A stretch of DNA of 63,199 nt, filler included, from Chiloscyllium plagiosum (taxonomy: Eukaryota): assembly GCF_004010195.1 (NCBI RefSeq). It is 3 parts of one record of this genome, joined end to end, with 100 filler letters (N's around TTAATTAATTAA, not from the genome) between each part and the next. Parts side by side here need not be neighbours in the genome. Positions count along the whole stretch, not along the records: positions 21,640 to 48,208 come from NC_057712.1; 2 more parts are not named here. The stretch is one strand, 5' to 3'. Shown piece after piece: positions 24,672-37,509 of the stretch. How positions within the stretch are numbered: the stretch's first letter is position 1; every line of letters starts with the position of its first letter. A program made the translations under genes and the position numbers. The notes beneath the pieces are model-generated. The model did no database searches. It was not told the origin of the DNA and saw only the letters and a program-made list of their open reading frames with translations.

Positions 24672-25929
24672 GGTCCCTCAACCCTGCTGTACCATTCTAT
24701 GTTATTGTGGCTGATCATTTTGCATCACCACATATCACCTAATTCCAAGAGACCAGAAATCTGTCTATCTCGTCCTTATATGTATTCAACTAGGAACCAT
24801 CCATGCTCTCTGTGATGGACTTCCAAAGATTCACGACCCTTCAAATGAAGAAGGTTCTCATCATCTCAGCCCTTATCTTAAGACTATGTGTGCACATTTT
24901 AGATTCCACAGCCAGGGAAAACAACTTCTTAACCCTGCTAAAGCCTTCCAAAATCCAATGATTTCCTTCTCATACTTCTTTAGAGCAACTTGTTGTGACA
25001 TGTTATGACTCATGTTTGGATCAAGCGAAATATGAACCTAGGGCACCTGGCCTAGAGGTAAGGACACTACCACTGTACCACAAATGCCCTTCTTATTGTT
25101 CTGAACTCCACACGCTAACAAGCCAAATTTATTTAGTCTATCATGATTGGTCAACCCTCTTATCAAAGGAACCAATCCTTGCAAAATCGCCTCCAACCTT
25201 CTTTGTTTTAAATACTGCGCGAGAGGCTCATCTTTGGCAATTATTTGGTGAACCGCCACAAAGGGCGGTACTTTATTACCAATAGATTGTTACTGTTGCA
25301 TTCTCTCTCCATTTCTGTTCCATTGTGCTTGTCCTTACCCAAGTCACAATATTGCTCTTTTGCCTCAACTTTTCTCTTCAGTGTTCAATATTTCCTTTCA
25401 CCTGGATTTTATCCACCTGTCTTGTAGTGCAGTTCCCTTATAACTAAACACTTTGTAACAAAACGGACATCACTAATATTGGTGATCCATCACTGAGGTG
25501 CTGTGATTTATTACCCACTGATAGAACAAGGAAGCAAGCCCTGAGTCTACCTCAGCAGGAATGGCTATTAAGCCTTATGCTATTAGTATTAATTGGATCC
25601 ATACACACAGCAGCTCTCTAACTGAGACTAGATTAATTTGAACATTTCCTGACAAATGATGTCAGGCTAATGTGCTTGTAGTCCCCTAGTTTCACTCTGC
25701 CTTCTTTCATAGGTAGCAGCATTACATTTGCTAAGTTCTAATCCACTGAGATCGTTCTAAAATCTAGAGAATTTAGGAAAATCAAAACTAGCACATTTGT
25801 ACCTACCTCTTTAAGAACCCTGAAATATAGCTCACTATGTCCTATTGATTTCATGGAAGTTAGAAATCATTTAAGTTATTCTAGTATCAAACTTACATCT
25901 GAATCAAAAACAAAAACAGAGTAATATTA

Positions 25930-26075
25930 GATTAGTTTTGAAAAAGGATCACTAGACCCAAAATGTTAACTCTGATTTCTTTCCCCACATGCTGCCAGAC
26001 GTGTTGAGATTTTCCAGCAATTTTTGTTTTGTTTTAGATTTGCAGCATCCGCAGTTCTTTTTGGTTTTTGTGTCA
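25930..26075 (+). mobile_element. Older Penelope-type terminal repeat (family C)
   Basis: AGTT.TGAA.AAGG.TCACT.GACCC.AAA.GTTAACTCTG...TGCTGCCAGAC.TG.TGAG.TTTTCCAGCAA. Similar copies at 36305-36445 and 40500-40675. Confidence 0.65.
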
Positions 26076-26914
26076 AACAGATGCCTTTTACTCTGAAGAC
26101 AGGTACAAAATGTTTCTGTAATGGCTCTGCTATTTCCTTTCTTCCCTGGATAATTTATTCTGTATTTGTAGTTGAGGCACCAATTATAACTTTAGCTACT
26201 CTCCTCTGTTTTTATATACAGTTATTATAATCTGTTTTGTATTCAGAATAATTTACTCATATTCCACGTTTGCTCCATTTTAATTAAATATTTGATGGTC
26301 ATTTTGTTGGTTTCTAAGACACACCAACCGTCAGATTTAGCTTGATTATTTTCCCTATTATAAATCTCTCCTTTTAATCTAATATTATCCCTAATGTCCT
26401 TTGTAAGCCCCAGATGGACTGTTTTTATAAAGTTTTCATGTTTTAATGGAAAACATGCTTTTCAACATTGTGAATTCTTTCTTAATTCCTTACATTGTTA
26501 TTTATTGTCATATCTTTTAGTCTATTTATCCAATCAAAATTATGCTGCTCTCCCCTCATGCCTCTGCAATTAGTTTTGTTTAAATTTAAGATTTTTGTTT
26601 AGGACTAGAATACGTCATATTCAAACAAAATTCTAATCATGTTTTCCCAGAGGATTACCAAGTATGTGAGTACTAAGTAACTTTGCCTCATTGTACAATA
26701 CTAGATCTAAAATAACTATATCCCTTGTCTGTTTCACAATTCATAGTTCCAAAAGACTGTCACAAAATTATTGTAAAAACTAATTTCCAGAGCAGCTTTA
26801 ATATTTTAATTAGTCTAATTGTTATGATGTTTGATCCCCAAAGATGTTACATTACACTTCTAATTAGCCCCGATAATTCCCTGCTTAATTCTCTGTCCAA
26901 TGGTATGACTACGT

Positions 26915-27228
26915 CACGGTGGCACAGTGGTTAGCACTGCTGCCTCACAGCGCCAGAGTCCTGGGTTCAATTCCCACCTCAGGCGACTGTCTGTGTGGAG
27001 TTTGCACATTCTCCCTGTGTCTGCGTGGGTTTCCTCCAGGTGCTCCGGTTTCCTCCCACAGTCCAAAAATGTGCAGGTTAGTTGAATTTGCAATGCTAAA
27101 TTGCCTGTAGTGTTAGGTGAAGGGTAAATGTAGAGTAATGGTTCCGAGTGAGTTGCTCTCCGGAGGGTCGGTGTGGGCATGTTGGGCCGAAGGGCCTATT
27201 TCCACACTGTAAGTAATCTAATCTAATG
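26915..27228 (+). mobile_element. HE1-type SINE
   Basis: A/B boxes, body and (AATCT)n tail as at 6749. Confidence 0.92.
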
Positions 27229-27281
27229 TAATATAAATGACTTGGATGCACATGTAGGAAATATGGTTAGTAACTTTAAAG

Positions 27282-27584
27282 TGGGTGGCACAGTGGTTAG
27301 CACTGCTGCCTCACAGCACCAGAGACCTGGGTTCAATTCCCACCTCAGGCAGCTGTCTGTGTGCAGTTTGCACATTCTCCCTGTGTCTGCGTGGGTTTCC
27401 TCCGGGTACTCCGGTTTCCTCCCACAGTCCAAAAATGTGCACGTTAGGTGAATTGGCCATGCTAAATTGCCCGTAGTGTTCGATGTAGGGGAATGGGTCT
27501 GGGTGGGTTGCTCTTCGGAGGGTTGATGTGGGCTTGTTGGGCCGAAGGACCTGTTTGCACACTGTAAGTAATCTAATCTAATCT
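27282..27584 (+). mobile_element. HE1-type SINE, second of a head-to-tail pair
   Basis: Same motifs, with an internal deletion relative to the 26915 copy. Confidence 0.92.
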
Positions 27585-28249
27585 ACTGTTAGTGGGACTT
27601 ACAAACTAACAACATTTCTGACCCCTATTAATCTTAATCTCCACCCACAGTAATTATAGTTCTTGACATTCTAAACCTATATACAACTCACTAATATCCT
27701 TTTGTCACTTATTTTATTTTCAGAGCTATACATCCTCCTTTTTATCTTTCTACCTTGTGCACAATACCTACCAATGAACTTCTTCACCCATCACTCATCT
27801 GGTGCATCCTGGAATATTTATGTATTTATTTCTCATCCTTGGTCATCTTATAAACTCTTGTGGCCTCACACAAAGGCTGTCTGTCTAATTGGGAAATAAA
27901 AAAATAATTGAATTGCTGAGCCCTGCTACTTCCCCTTGGCCTCATCCCCACAAACCACACAACGTCATCACTTAACCATGGTCTGGATCCATCCACAACA
28001 ACTGCCTGTACCTCCCTGATGGCACAGCAGAGATTGTCAACTATCAGTGACCAGATCTAAGGCTCACCTCTGGCTTGTTAATTGCCTAATTGACAAAAGA
28101 TGCAGGAGGACACCCTGAAAAGATGCGATGCAAAGCTATCATTGGCTTTCCAGGTTGCACCCAAGACCCTCGTCAACTCCACAAGTTTCTATCCCATGTA
28201 TCTGGAATAGTTTTTTTCTCTATTTGTGTCACGGGTTCAGCTATTTGAT

Positions 28250-30250
28250 TTTTATTCATTCATGGGAATGTATTTATTGCCCATTCCCAATTGCCCTTGA
28301 GAGGTTGGCGGTGAGCTGACTACTTTAATTACCAGCGCTTGGACAATAGGAATACCCACAGTGCTCTAAGGAAGGAAGTTCTAGGACTTTGACCCAGTGA
28401 AAGTGAAGGAATGGAGATATAAATCTGTGCCAGAGTGGTGTGTAGCTTGGAGGGGAACTTATGGGTGGTGATGTTCCCATGTACCTACTGTCCCTGTTCT
28501 CGTAGGTGGTAGAGGATGTGGGTTTGGAAAGCTGTCAGAGGAACCTGGGTGAGTAGTTGCAATGCATCTTGGTGGTATTAGCAATAACAAAAGATGGTAT
28601 TAGCAATAACATTAGCAAATTCGCTGATGATACGATGATAAGCTGGGTGGCAGGGTGAAATGTGATGAGGATGTTAGGAGATTACAGGATGACCTGGACA
28701 AGTTAGGTGAGTGGGCAGATGCATGGCAGATGCAGTTTAATGTGGATAAATGTATGGTTATCCACTTTGGTGGCAAGAACAGGAAGACAGATTACTACCT
28801 AAATGGAATCAATTTAGGTAAAGGGGCAGCACAAATACCTTACACTGAAAGACTGGACCGATTGGGCTTGTATACCCTTGAGTTTAGAAGACTGAGAGGG
28901 AATCTGATTGACACATATAAGATTATTAAAGGATTGGACACTCTGGAGGCAGGAAACATGTTTCCGCTGATCGGTGAGTGCCGAACCAGAGGACACAGCT
29001 TAAAAATATGGGGTAGACCATTTAGGACAGAGATGAGGAGAAATTTCTTCATCCAGAGAGTGGTGGCTGTGTGGAATGTTCTGCCCCAGAGGGCAGCGGA
29101 GGCCCAGTCTCTGGATTCATTTAAGAAAGAGTTGGATAGAGCTCTCAAAGACTGTGAAATCAAGGGTTATGGGGATAAGGCAGGAACAGGATACTGATTA
29201 GGAATGATCAGCCATGATCATATTGAATGGTGGTGCAGCTCGAAGGGCTGAATGGCCTACTCCTGCACCTATTGTCTATTGTCTATTGTACTGCAGCTAC
29301 TGTGTATTGGTGGAGAACTGAGTGAATTTTGAAGTTGTTTGATGGGGTGCCAATTAAATGGGTTGCTTTTACCTGTATGGTGTCAGGTTTCCTGAGTGTT
29401 GTTCGAGCGATACCTATCCAGTTAAATGTAGAGCAGTGTACTACACTCTGGTTTTGTACCTTGTAGATGATGGACAAGCTTTGAGGAGTCAGGAGATGAG
29501 CTGCTCATTGTAAAATTTCTTTTCTCCAACCTGCTTGATGAGCCAGAGTATTCATATGGTTAGTCCAGCTCAGTTTCTGGTTAATGGTAACCCCCAGGAT
29601 CATAGGGGACTCAGTGATGTAATACTAACAAAAGCAAATGGTTTGATCCTCATCTTTGGAGATGGTCATTTCCTGAAGGGTGCATCATGTAAATGTTAGT
29701 CCTCACATATCAGCCCAAGCCTGAATGTTGTCCAAATCTTGCTGCAAGTGAACATGGACTGCTTCAATATTTAAGGAGCTGAACATTATGTAATTAACAG
29801 CAAATATCCTCACTTCCAAATTGATGAAGACCAAGAACCAGTGATGAAGCATTGAAGACAGTTGGGCCAAGGACAAGACCTTCTGAACTTATTTCGCAGG
29901 ACTGAGATGACTGTCCTCTAAAAATACCAACCATCTTTCTTTGTGCCAGGCATGACTCCAATCAATGGAGTTTCCCCAGTTGTCACTGACTCCAGTTTTG
30001 CTGGGGCTGTTTGATGCCATACACATTGATTTCCAGTACAAGCACTCTCACCTCATCTCTGAAGCGTAGCACATTTGTCAATGTTTGGGCCAAGGCTGTA
30101 GCGAGGTTAGCAGCTCAGTGGCCTAGCAGAATGCACACTGAGCATCAGTGTACAGGGAATTGCTCAGCAACTGCTGCTTGATAGAAGTAACCACTTGTAT
30201 AATTTTGCTGATGATTGAGGGTTGACTGGTGTGAATTTTCTGGCTTGGAT
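28250..30250 (-). mobile_element. Ancient CR1/L2-group (Crack-like) LINE remnant, interrupted by a younger CR1
   Basis: DTIQVKATHLIGTPS..IHSVLHQYTVAAV in ORF 29283-29477. Homologous to 59570-61070. Confidence 0.65.
28605..29287 (+). mobile_element. Young 5'-truncated CR1 with an internal deletion
   Basis: SKFADDT, WQMQFNVDKC, FFIQRVVAVWNVLP. Tail GGGCTGAATGGCCTACTCCTGCACC(TATTGTC)n. Confidence 0.92.
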
Positions 30251-32977
30251 TTCTCCTGACTTTAGTGGTGTATAGCTGCCAATAGTTGTAGGGATTGGTT
30301 AACTCAATTGACTTGGTGGCTGGTGAATGATGCCAACAGCATGGATTCAATTCCTGCACCAGCTGAAGTCACCATCAAGGCCCTACCTTCTTGACCGCAC
30401 GGCTTACCTGAGATATGGTGACCCTCAAGTCAAACTATCTCCCTACTGAGAAATGAAACTATGGTGACAACTTTTAGCTGAGGCACAGCTTGTTTCAGAT
30501 GCTTCATACATTCAAATAAAGGGCTTTTAATATTTTTGTTTTATTATTTTTGTGGAGTGGCTCTGATTGGCTGATGCATTATTGCAGTTATATTCTCTGT
30601 CTATCCTGTCCCCCTCAACTTGTCTTTAACCGTTGTTCTGTTGCCTCAACTTTTTTCTTTTGATGTTGATATTTCCCTTCATCCAGACCATGCATCCATC
30701 TTGTGGTGTAGTTCCTTTGTAACCATTATAACGAAACACACATCACGCATAATTCTTCTGGAAATTTCTCAACATAATAAGAGCTCAATTAAAGTAATAT
30801 TTCAAGATCCTTTGACACAGGTGAATGCGCAGAATATCGTGTTTCATTCCCATTGTTTGATAAATTCTAGAAAATGCTGAACAAGGCCTGAAGGGATCAG
30901 TTCAGTTTGATGGTGGTCTTGGTGATATTTGAAATAAATGCACTCAAATATGCAGGGAAAGAAAGAGAGCATCTGCAATCACCAGAGATCTGAAGCTCAG
31001 TTCATCTGGAACAGTTTATCTAAATGAGCTAAGCATTGTTTGCTAGAAGCCAAAGGAGAGTTAGGGTTTGAATTTAGTTCTGGTTCCACCTTGCAGATGA
31101 CACAGTGGGGAAGTGCACACACATTATCTATTGGAATGAAACACAGATACTTTGCATTTAATACCCTCTCAAAAGAGAACATGGGAAAAATAACATTTAT
31201 ATTTGCATCTGGTGCTACTTGTGCGGTAAGACCTCATGATTATACAGAAGATTAATTTCTTCTCTCATTTTCATCACGTAGCTGAATCGTCATACATTCA
31301 TGATACTTTTTAGAGCTCCGACTTCACATAGCTGCTAAGAAAAATATCAATAGACAGAAATGGATGTGACAAAGAACAATTTATTTACAGTATGTAAATA
31401 GACTTCTTCAAAACACAACCATGTGGAACTTCGGAAAAGATTCAATGTCTTTGGGTGTTCACTTTTTAAATGCCTTTTATGCTGATGCAATTTCTACTTA
31501 ACCCCACTGTTATGCATTCCTCAAGGCATATAAAAAACATTTCAAATCTTAAACATATTGCTTTATCATAACTAAAAGTTGTTATATGTCATGCCAAATC
31601 TTTAACAGAACCATAACAATTTTTAGGGAAATGAAAGGACTATAAGTCCATTGAGTTCATCCTTTTCCTCCCCTGCATTCCTATGGTGTTGATTGCTTCT
31701 GGAATATGATACCTTGAGTGCTGGCAGCTGTTTGGTACATTACCCAACCCATCATTTATAATGTGTGAGACTAGGCATTTACTATTAGCATCTGACTGGA
31801 CAATGGGATGTCATAGTTTTAGGAATGTGATGCTATCCAACGCATTCTTTTTTTTCGAGAACGATCCCAAAGAACTGAGCCTGGGGTCTCTCTTCGAGGT
31901 GAGAAGACAGAGTCTCATGCCCTCATGGTCATGGTTCACTTTCATCTCCAACTTCAATGGCACCCTCTTCTTGTAACCCTGAGTAGATTTTTTTTCAGGA
32001 ATCGAAACAGATCATGCTGGAGGCACTCAGTAGGTTGGCCAGAGAAGCAGAATTTACATTTCCAGTGCTAAGACTCTTCTTCAGAATGCATCGGAAAGTG
32101 GGTGGGGCTAGTCTTCAATCCAGGCTGGGGGTAGTGGTGTAGGGGTGGTGAAAGCACAGGATCCACGGCTGGATGCTGGATGCTCGGACATTGAAGGAGA
32201 AAATACATGGAACATGTGCTCTTAAATTCTGTCTACACTTCATTTCCAGTCACTTCTTTGTCCATTAGCAATGCAAGCAGAGTGAATGTGCATGAGGTTC
32301 AAATGTGAATGAGCAAAGGGGTCAAAGATGATTGATACGATGCTATTGGTGCTTGCAGTGAGGGTGAAGTCAGTGGCAATGATGTAAAGCAGGTTGAGTA
32401 CTGACCAAAGCCATCTACCACTTGTGAAATTTCCAAAGGTGTTATGGGACAAGGGGAATGTTGTTTCACCACATGCCATTGTAGATATGGGGTGATGGAC
32501 TCCAATGAATTCAATGACATCATAGGATCATAGAATCCCTACAGTGAAGATGGAGATGAGAAGGAATTCCTTCTGCCCGTGGGGAGTGAGTCTGTAGAGT
32601 TCTTTACCGCACAGGACTGTTGAAGCTGGATCATTGAGTGTGGGCTCTGGGACGGGAAGAAGGTCAGGGTACAGAAGGTTGATGTGGGCTCTGAAGGGAA
32701 GCGAGTCAGGGTAAAGCAAACCTTCCCTTTTTGATGTGATGCACTGGTCTCTCAGCTGGTGTCTTCCCAAATTTAGCTTATTTGCTGAGCAGATATAGGG
32801 ATCCTAAAGATACAGCTTGGTTTTGCAGCTTGGGCTGGTTTGGGTTGGCGGGGGCGAGGGTGGGAAAGGAGGGGTCACTATCCTGTACAGTCCAGACAGA
32901 ATGTGCTGCATCACCTTAACATGCTGTGCAGGCAATGAGGGGACCTGCTGGATGCTGAAAAACTGGGAGAATAACAG

Positions 32978-33318
32978 AAATGAGGGGAATAGGTAGAATT
33001 AATGGTAGTTGTATTTTACCTCAGATGGGGACTTCAAAACTAGGGGGCATTATTTTTAAGGTGAGAGGAGAGAGTTTAAAAAAGTCAGGAGGAGCAAATA
33101 TTTTACACAGAGGGTTGTTTACATGTGGAATAAACTTCCTCAGGATGTGGTGGATGTGGGTACAATTACAACATTTAAAAGGCATTTGGTCAAGTACATG
33201 AATAGGAAATGTTTGGAGGGATATCAACCAGGAGCAGGCAGGTGGGATTAGTTTGGGATTATGTTCAACATAGACTGGTTGAACCAAAAGGTCTGTTTCT
33301 GTGCTGTGTGACTCTATG
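32978..33318 (+). mobile_element. CR1 3' fragment
   Basis: FKVRGE..FTQRVV..WNKLP-like sequence and a CR1 tail. Confidence 0.85.
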
Positions 33319-34204
33319 AGAGAACAAGTCCTCCCCTGAGGAGGAAGTGGACACCGGAAGGAGGAAGCTGTCCCTGTAACTTGACAAATCTGGGTTGTAT
33401 TGGCTGTTACAGATCAGACAGGACCTGCCTGATCCTGGCTCCAGCCAATGGGAGCTGAGTGAAGCAGATCATCATGGATTATAAAATCATCATTGGTCGT
33501 AGTGCCAGCGTTTAGTTTGCATTGTGGAGAATGATACAGCCTCTTTTCATTTTGTTTGTGCTCATTTTTACTGGCTGGAAACAAAAGCGCATCTTTGGAG
33601 TTAGCTAAGTGCTTACCTGGATGTGATGTTCCACCATGGAATGAGCAATGACAAGATTCGGCTGTATAGTAGGCACCAGTGATAAAATAGAGAGGGCATT
33701 TAGATGGGGTGTAGCTAGGGACTGGTGAATTATGCAGATAAAGAGTGACTAGGGTGAGAGATTGGGATTGTTTCTGTGAGGAAATTACGGTCATGCTCAC
33801 TCTGTGCTGTGAACAGCCTGGCTTTGTGACTGCTGTCAGTACATAGGCAATGAGGGGCAGTGCAAGATTGCCAAAAGCCTGACTAGGTGCACAGTTACCT
33901 TTTAATGAGTGCCAGGGTTGTGAGTATGGCATATATCTGCTGAGTACTATGTTGTTCTGGGAACAGCTTGTGGTAAAGTGGAGTTGGAATCAGATGAAGG
34001 GGATGTAATGTGGTTGGGGAGGAGAGTGGGTTAAGTAGTTAATGGGGTGAATTTGGCAAAATACAGCAAGCGATCTTGCTGAAACTCATGAAAAGAAAGT
34101 CTTCACTAAACCCGATGAAACTCACACCTAGCCAAAAATGGTCCAATTCAACCCTACATCTTGTTCAGGATCAGAGCCTCTGCTTATCAAACTACTAAAT
34201 GTTT

Positions 34205-34577
34205 TAGAACATAGAACATAGAACAATACAGCACAGAACAGGCCCTTCGGCCCACGATGTTGTGCCGAACATTTGTCCTAGCTTAAGCACCCATCCATGT
34301 ACCTATCCAATTGCCGCTTAAAGGTCACCAAAGATTCTCACTCTACCACTCCCACAGGCAGCGCATTCCATGAACTCACGACTCGCTGAGTAAAGAACCT
34401 ACCCCTAACATCTGTCCTATACCTACACAACCTTAATTTACCCTCTCCAAAGCTTCCACATCTTTCCTAAAGTGAGGCGACCAGAACTGCACACAGTACT
34501 CCAAATGTGGCCTAACCAAAGTCCTGCACAGTTGCAACATCACTTCACGACTCATGAATTCAATCCCTCTGCTAATG
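34205..34577 (-). mobile_element. CR1 3' fragment
   Basis: (TAGAACA)n tail, ACAGGCCCTTCGGCCC and [19 protein letters not shown] sequence. Confidence 0.85.
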
Positions 34578-34641
34578 ATTCAATCCCTCTGCTAATGATT
34601 CAATCCCTCTGCTAATGATTCAATCCCTCTGCTAATGATTC
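34558..34641. repeat. 20-bp tandem repeat x4
   Basis: ATTCAATCCCTCTGCTAATG repeated perfectly at the CR1 truncation end. Confidence 0.95.
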
Positions 34642-36027
34642 CTCCACACTAGACCAGGCAGGGTCTATTGATTCCTATCAGGAAAGAGATAGTGGCACAA
34701 AACCGACCATCATGTGATGTGATCAGCAATGGTGAGGATTCATCTTACCACAGTTTGGCTGCATAATCCCTAGTTCAATTGATTAAATTTCTCTCTGTTT
34801 TAACCCATTTTCGTCTGCAAGGTAAGAAGACATGGTTATCACAGAGAAATCCACATGGAGCCCTCTCACTATTAAACTAGTTTGTATTATTTGAAAGGGA
34901 AATATCAAGAACAGATACTTACTCAGTAGAAGATATTTTTCCAGTAGAAGTGAACCCCAAAAGTATAATGTAGTGAGATAATGAGTGAAGGACCACTACA
35001 CATAGAAAAAGGTTTCAAGGATGAATCAGAGGAACTAAGTAGATTACTTTGGTTGTTTAATTGCTTGTGGACTGAGAAAGACTTGATTGATTTTGTGTGT
35101 GTAGCTATGGTCACCTCTGTCCTAAAGTACATATCATGTTATTACAAGCTGACTGGTTTATGACCCAAACAAACCATCACAATTACTTCTAGTCTCCGTA
35201 AAGAAGACATCCCTGAAGGTCACTCCTCTATCAGAAGACCGTAAGAAATAGGAACAGGAGTAGGTCATTCAGCCCCTCAAGCCTGTCCTGTTATTCAATA
35301 GCATCATGGTCAATCCAACAGCCCTCTGTTCTCCCTTTTCTTGAGCTTTCGCCATAACCTGTGGAGAGATTCTCCCAAATCTATCCATCTCAGCCTTAAA
35401 TATAGACAAGGATGCTGCCCCCTCAGCTCTCTGTGGCAAGACACACAATGTTCTGAGAGATTGAAATTAATATTATGATGTGATAGTCATTACAGAGAAA
35501 CTGTTGCAGGGTTACTAGGGATGGGATGCGAATATTTAAGAATATTTGACTCTTCAAAGGGGAAATTATGGTTAACAACCTTACTGAGGCTTTTTGAGGA
35601 AGTAACTAATAGAATAAAGAGGTAGAATAAGTGGGTTTGGTGATTTGGATTTTCAGATACTTTTTGCTAACCTCCTAGATAAGAGGTTATTGTGCAAAAA
35701 GCAATGCACTTGGAATTGGTGACAATATGCTGATATGGATTGAGAATTGGTTATCAGGCAGGAAGTAAAGGATCACTACTAGGAGCCCAACTATAGTAGA
35801 AAATGTTCCTCAAGCTTGTGTTGTATTTCATTGCAACATTGGAGCAAGCCCAGACAATAATGTTAGCATGGCAGCAAGGTGATTATGGTGTTTGTGATTG
35901 TGTCTTGTTTACTTTACTCTTACTCTCTCTTCCGCAACATAATTTACAACTATTTTACATCTATTTTTTTCCTTTCTCCACTATTAACAACCCCTTTGTC
36001 TTTCGGAATAGGACCCTACATCATCTG

Positions 36028-36232
36028 ATAATGTGTTGCTGGAAAAGCGCAGCAGGTCAGGCAGCATCCAGGGAACAGGAGAATCGACGTTTCGGGCATA
36101 AGCCCTTCTTCAGGAATCGTCGATGCCCGAAACGTCGATTCTCCTGTTCCCTGGATGCTGCCTGACCTGCTGCGCTTTTCCAGCAACACATTTTCAGCTC
36201 TGATCTCCAGCATCTGCAGACCTCACTTTCTT
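36028..36232. mobile_element. Fold-back Penelope-derived mini-element (family A)
   Basis: ~70-bp near-perfect inverted arms at 36030-36099 and 36123-36192. 14-bp TSD CCCTACATCATCTG at 36014-36027 and 36233-36246. Confidence 0.92.
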
Positions 36233-36728
36233 CCCTACATCATCTGCCCTCTTGCATCTCTTCTGCCTCTGTCAAAGGTAAAAAGGACTATTTTTCAATC
36301 CCCTTCAGTTCTGATGAAGGAGTCACATGGAACTTGAAACATTAACTCTGCTTTCGACTCCACAGATGCTGCCAGACATGACGGGTTTCTCCAGCAATTC
36401 CTGTTTCTGTTTCACATTTCCAATACCAGCAGATCTTTGTTTGTGACCTATTCCTGCTCCCAAATTCCTTCTCCTATCAGACACCTTGATACGTATATGC
36501 TCCAGACTCTTGCTCCATCATTACTAAAAGTGGAGTAGAAAAGGACCACACCACGATGCTTGTGTTGTGCTCAACGTTTGTTTTCAGCTCTTTCTATATG
36601 GGCAGGTATTAAACCTCCAGGCACATACAATAAGAAGGATCATAAGCATTAATCTGGAGCCAAATCATATGCAAACTATTGCTTAATGCCAAAACAAAAG
36701 GATTAAAAGTAACCTTTAATTTATCCTC

Positions 36729-36768
<40 letters not shown>

Positions 36769-37004
36769 TTTAAATAAACCATTTTCCTGGTTAAATAACT
36801 AAGTTATGATTATAAAATATGGTTGCAGTAAAATAAATCAACGCTTTCTAAAGTGTTCTGAATTAACATCTTTGTAAAACTGCAATAGGAAAAGCATATT
36901 CCATAGTATTTGAGGTAGTTTACAATCTTGGAAGCATCACCTTTCCCTGAAATTAGTGATGTCTCAAGGTTTTCAGTCAATGCCTACTACTGTAACAAAA
37001 TAAC

Positions 37005-37428
37005 AAAGTATCACAGTAGAGGAGGAGTTGGATGTATTCGAATGTACGAAGTTGGATAAATCTCCTGGTCCTGACCAGATATATCCAAGCACACTGCTAG
37101 AGGCTAGAGAAGCAATTGCGGGGACCCTGTCTGATATTTTTGCATCGTTGTTAGCCATGCGTGAGATCCCAGAAGACCAGATGGTTACAACAGTTGTACC
37201 CTTATTCAAGAAAAGTTGCAAGGAAAATCCTAGGAACGATAGACCAGTAAGCTTAACATCAGTGCTTGAGAAGATTCTGAGGGATAAGTTATACATGCAT
37301 TTGGAAAGACAGGGTTTGATGAGGAATAGTTGGCATGGATTTGGCCACGCGAGATCATACCTCACAAGTTTGTTAAAGTTCTTTGATGGTATGACCAGGA
37401 AGGTTGATGAGGGCAGAGCAGTAGATAG
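37005..37428 (+). mobile_element. CR1 RT N-terminal fragment
   Basis: DKSPGPDQIYP, VVPLFKK, NDRPVSLTSV, HGF..RSYLTSL. Confidence 0.9.
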
Positions 37429-37509
37429 CTGAAAATGTGTTGCTGGAAAATAACAGCAGTAGACATAGTCTATATAGATTTCAGATTTCACATGGTAAGC
37501 TGCTCTATC

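Noticed and set aside
30997..31182. Cys-containing ORF (LPHCVICK) resembling the WDR35 zinc-binding tail
   Set aside because: Similarity is limited to a few residues and the surrounding sequence does not align.
33414..33932. 172-aa minus-strand ORF
   Set aside because: Non-ATG start and no recognisable domain, so probably a chance ORF in old repeat sequence.
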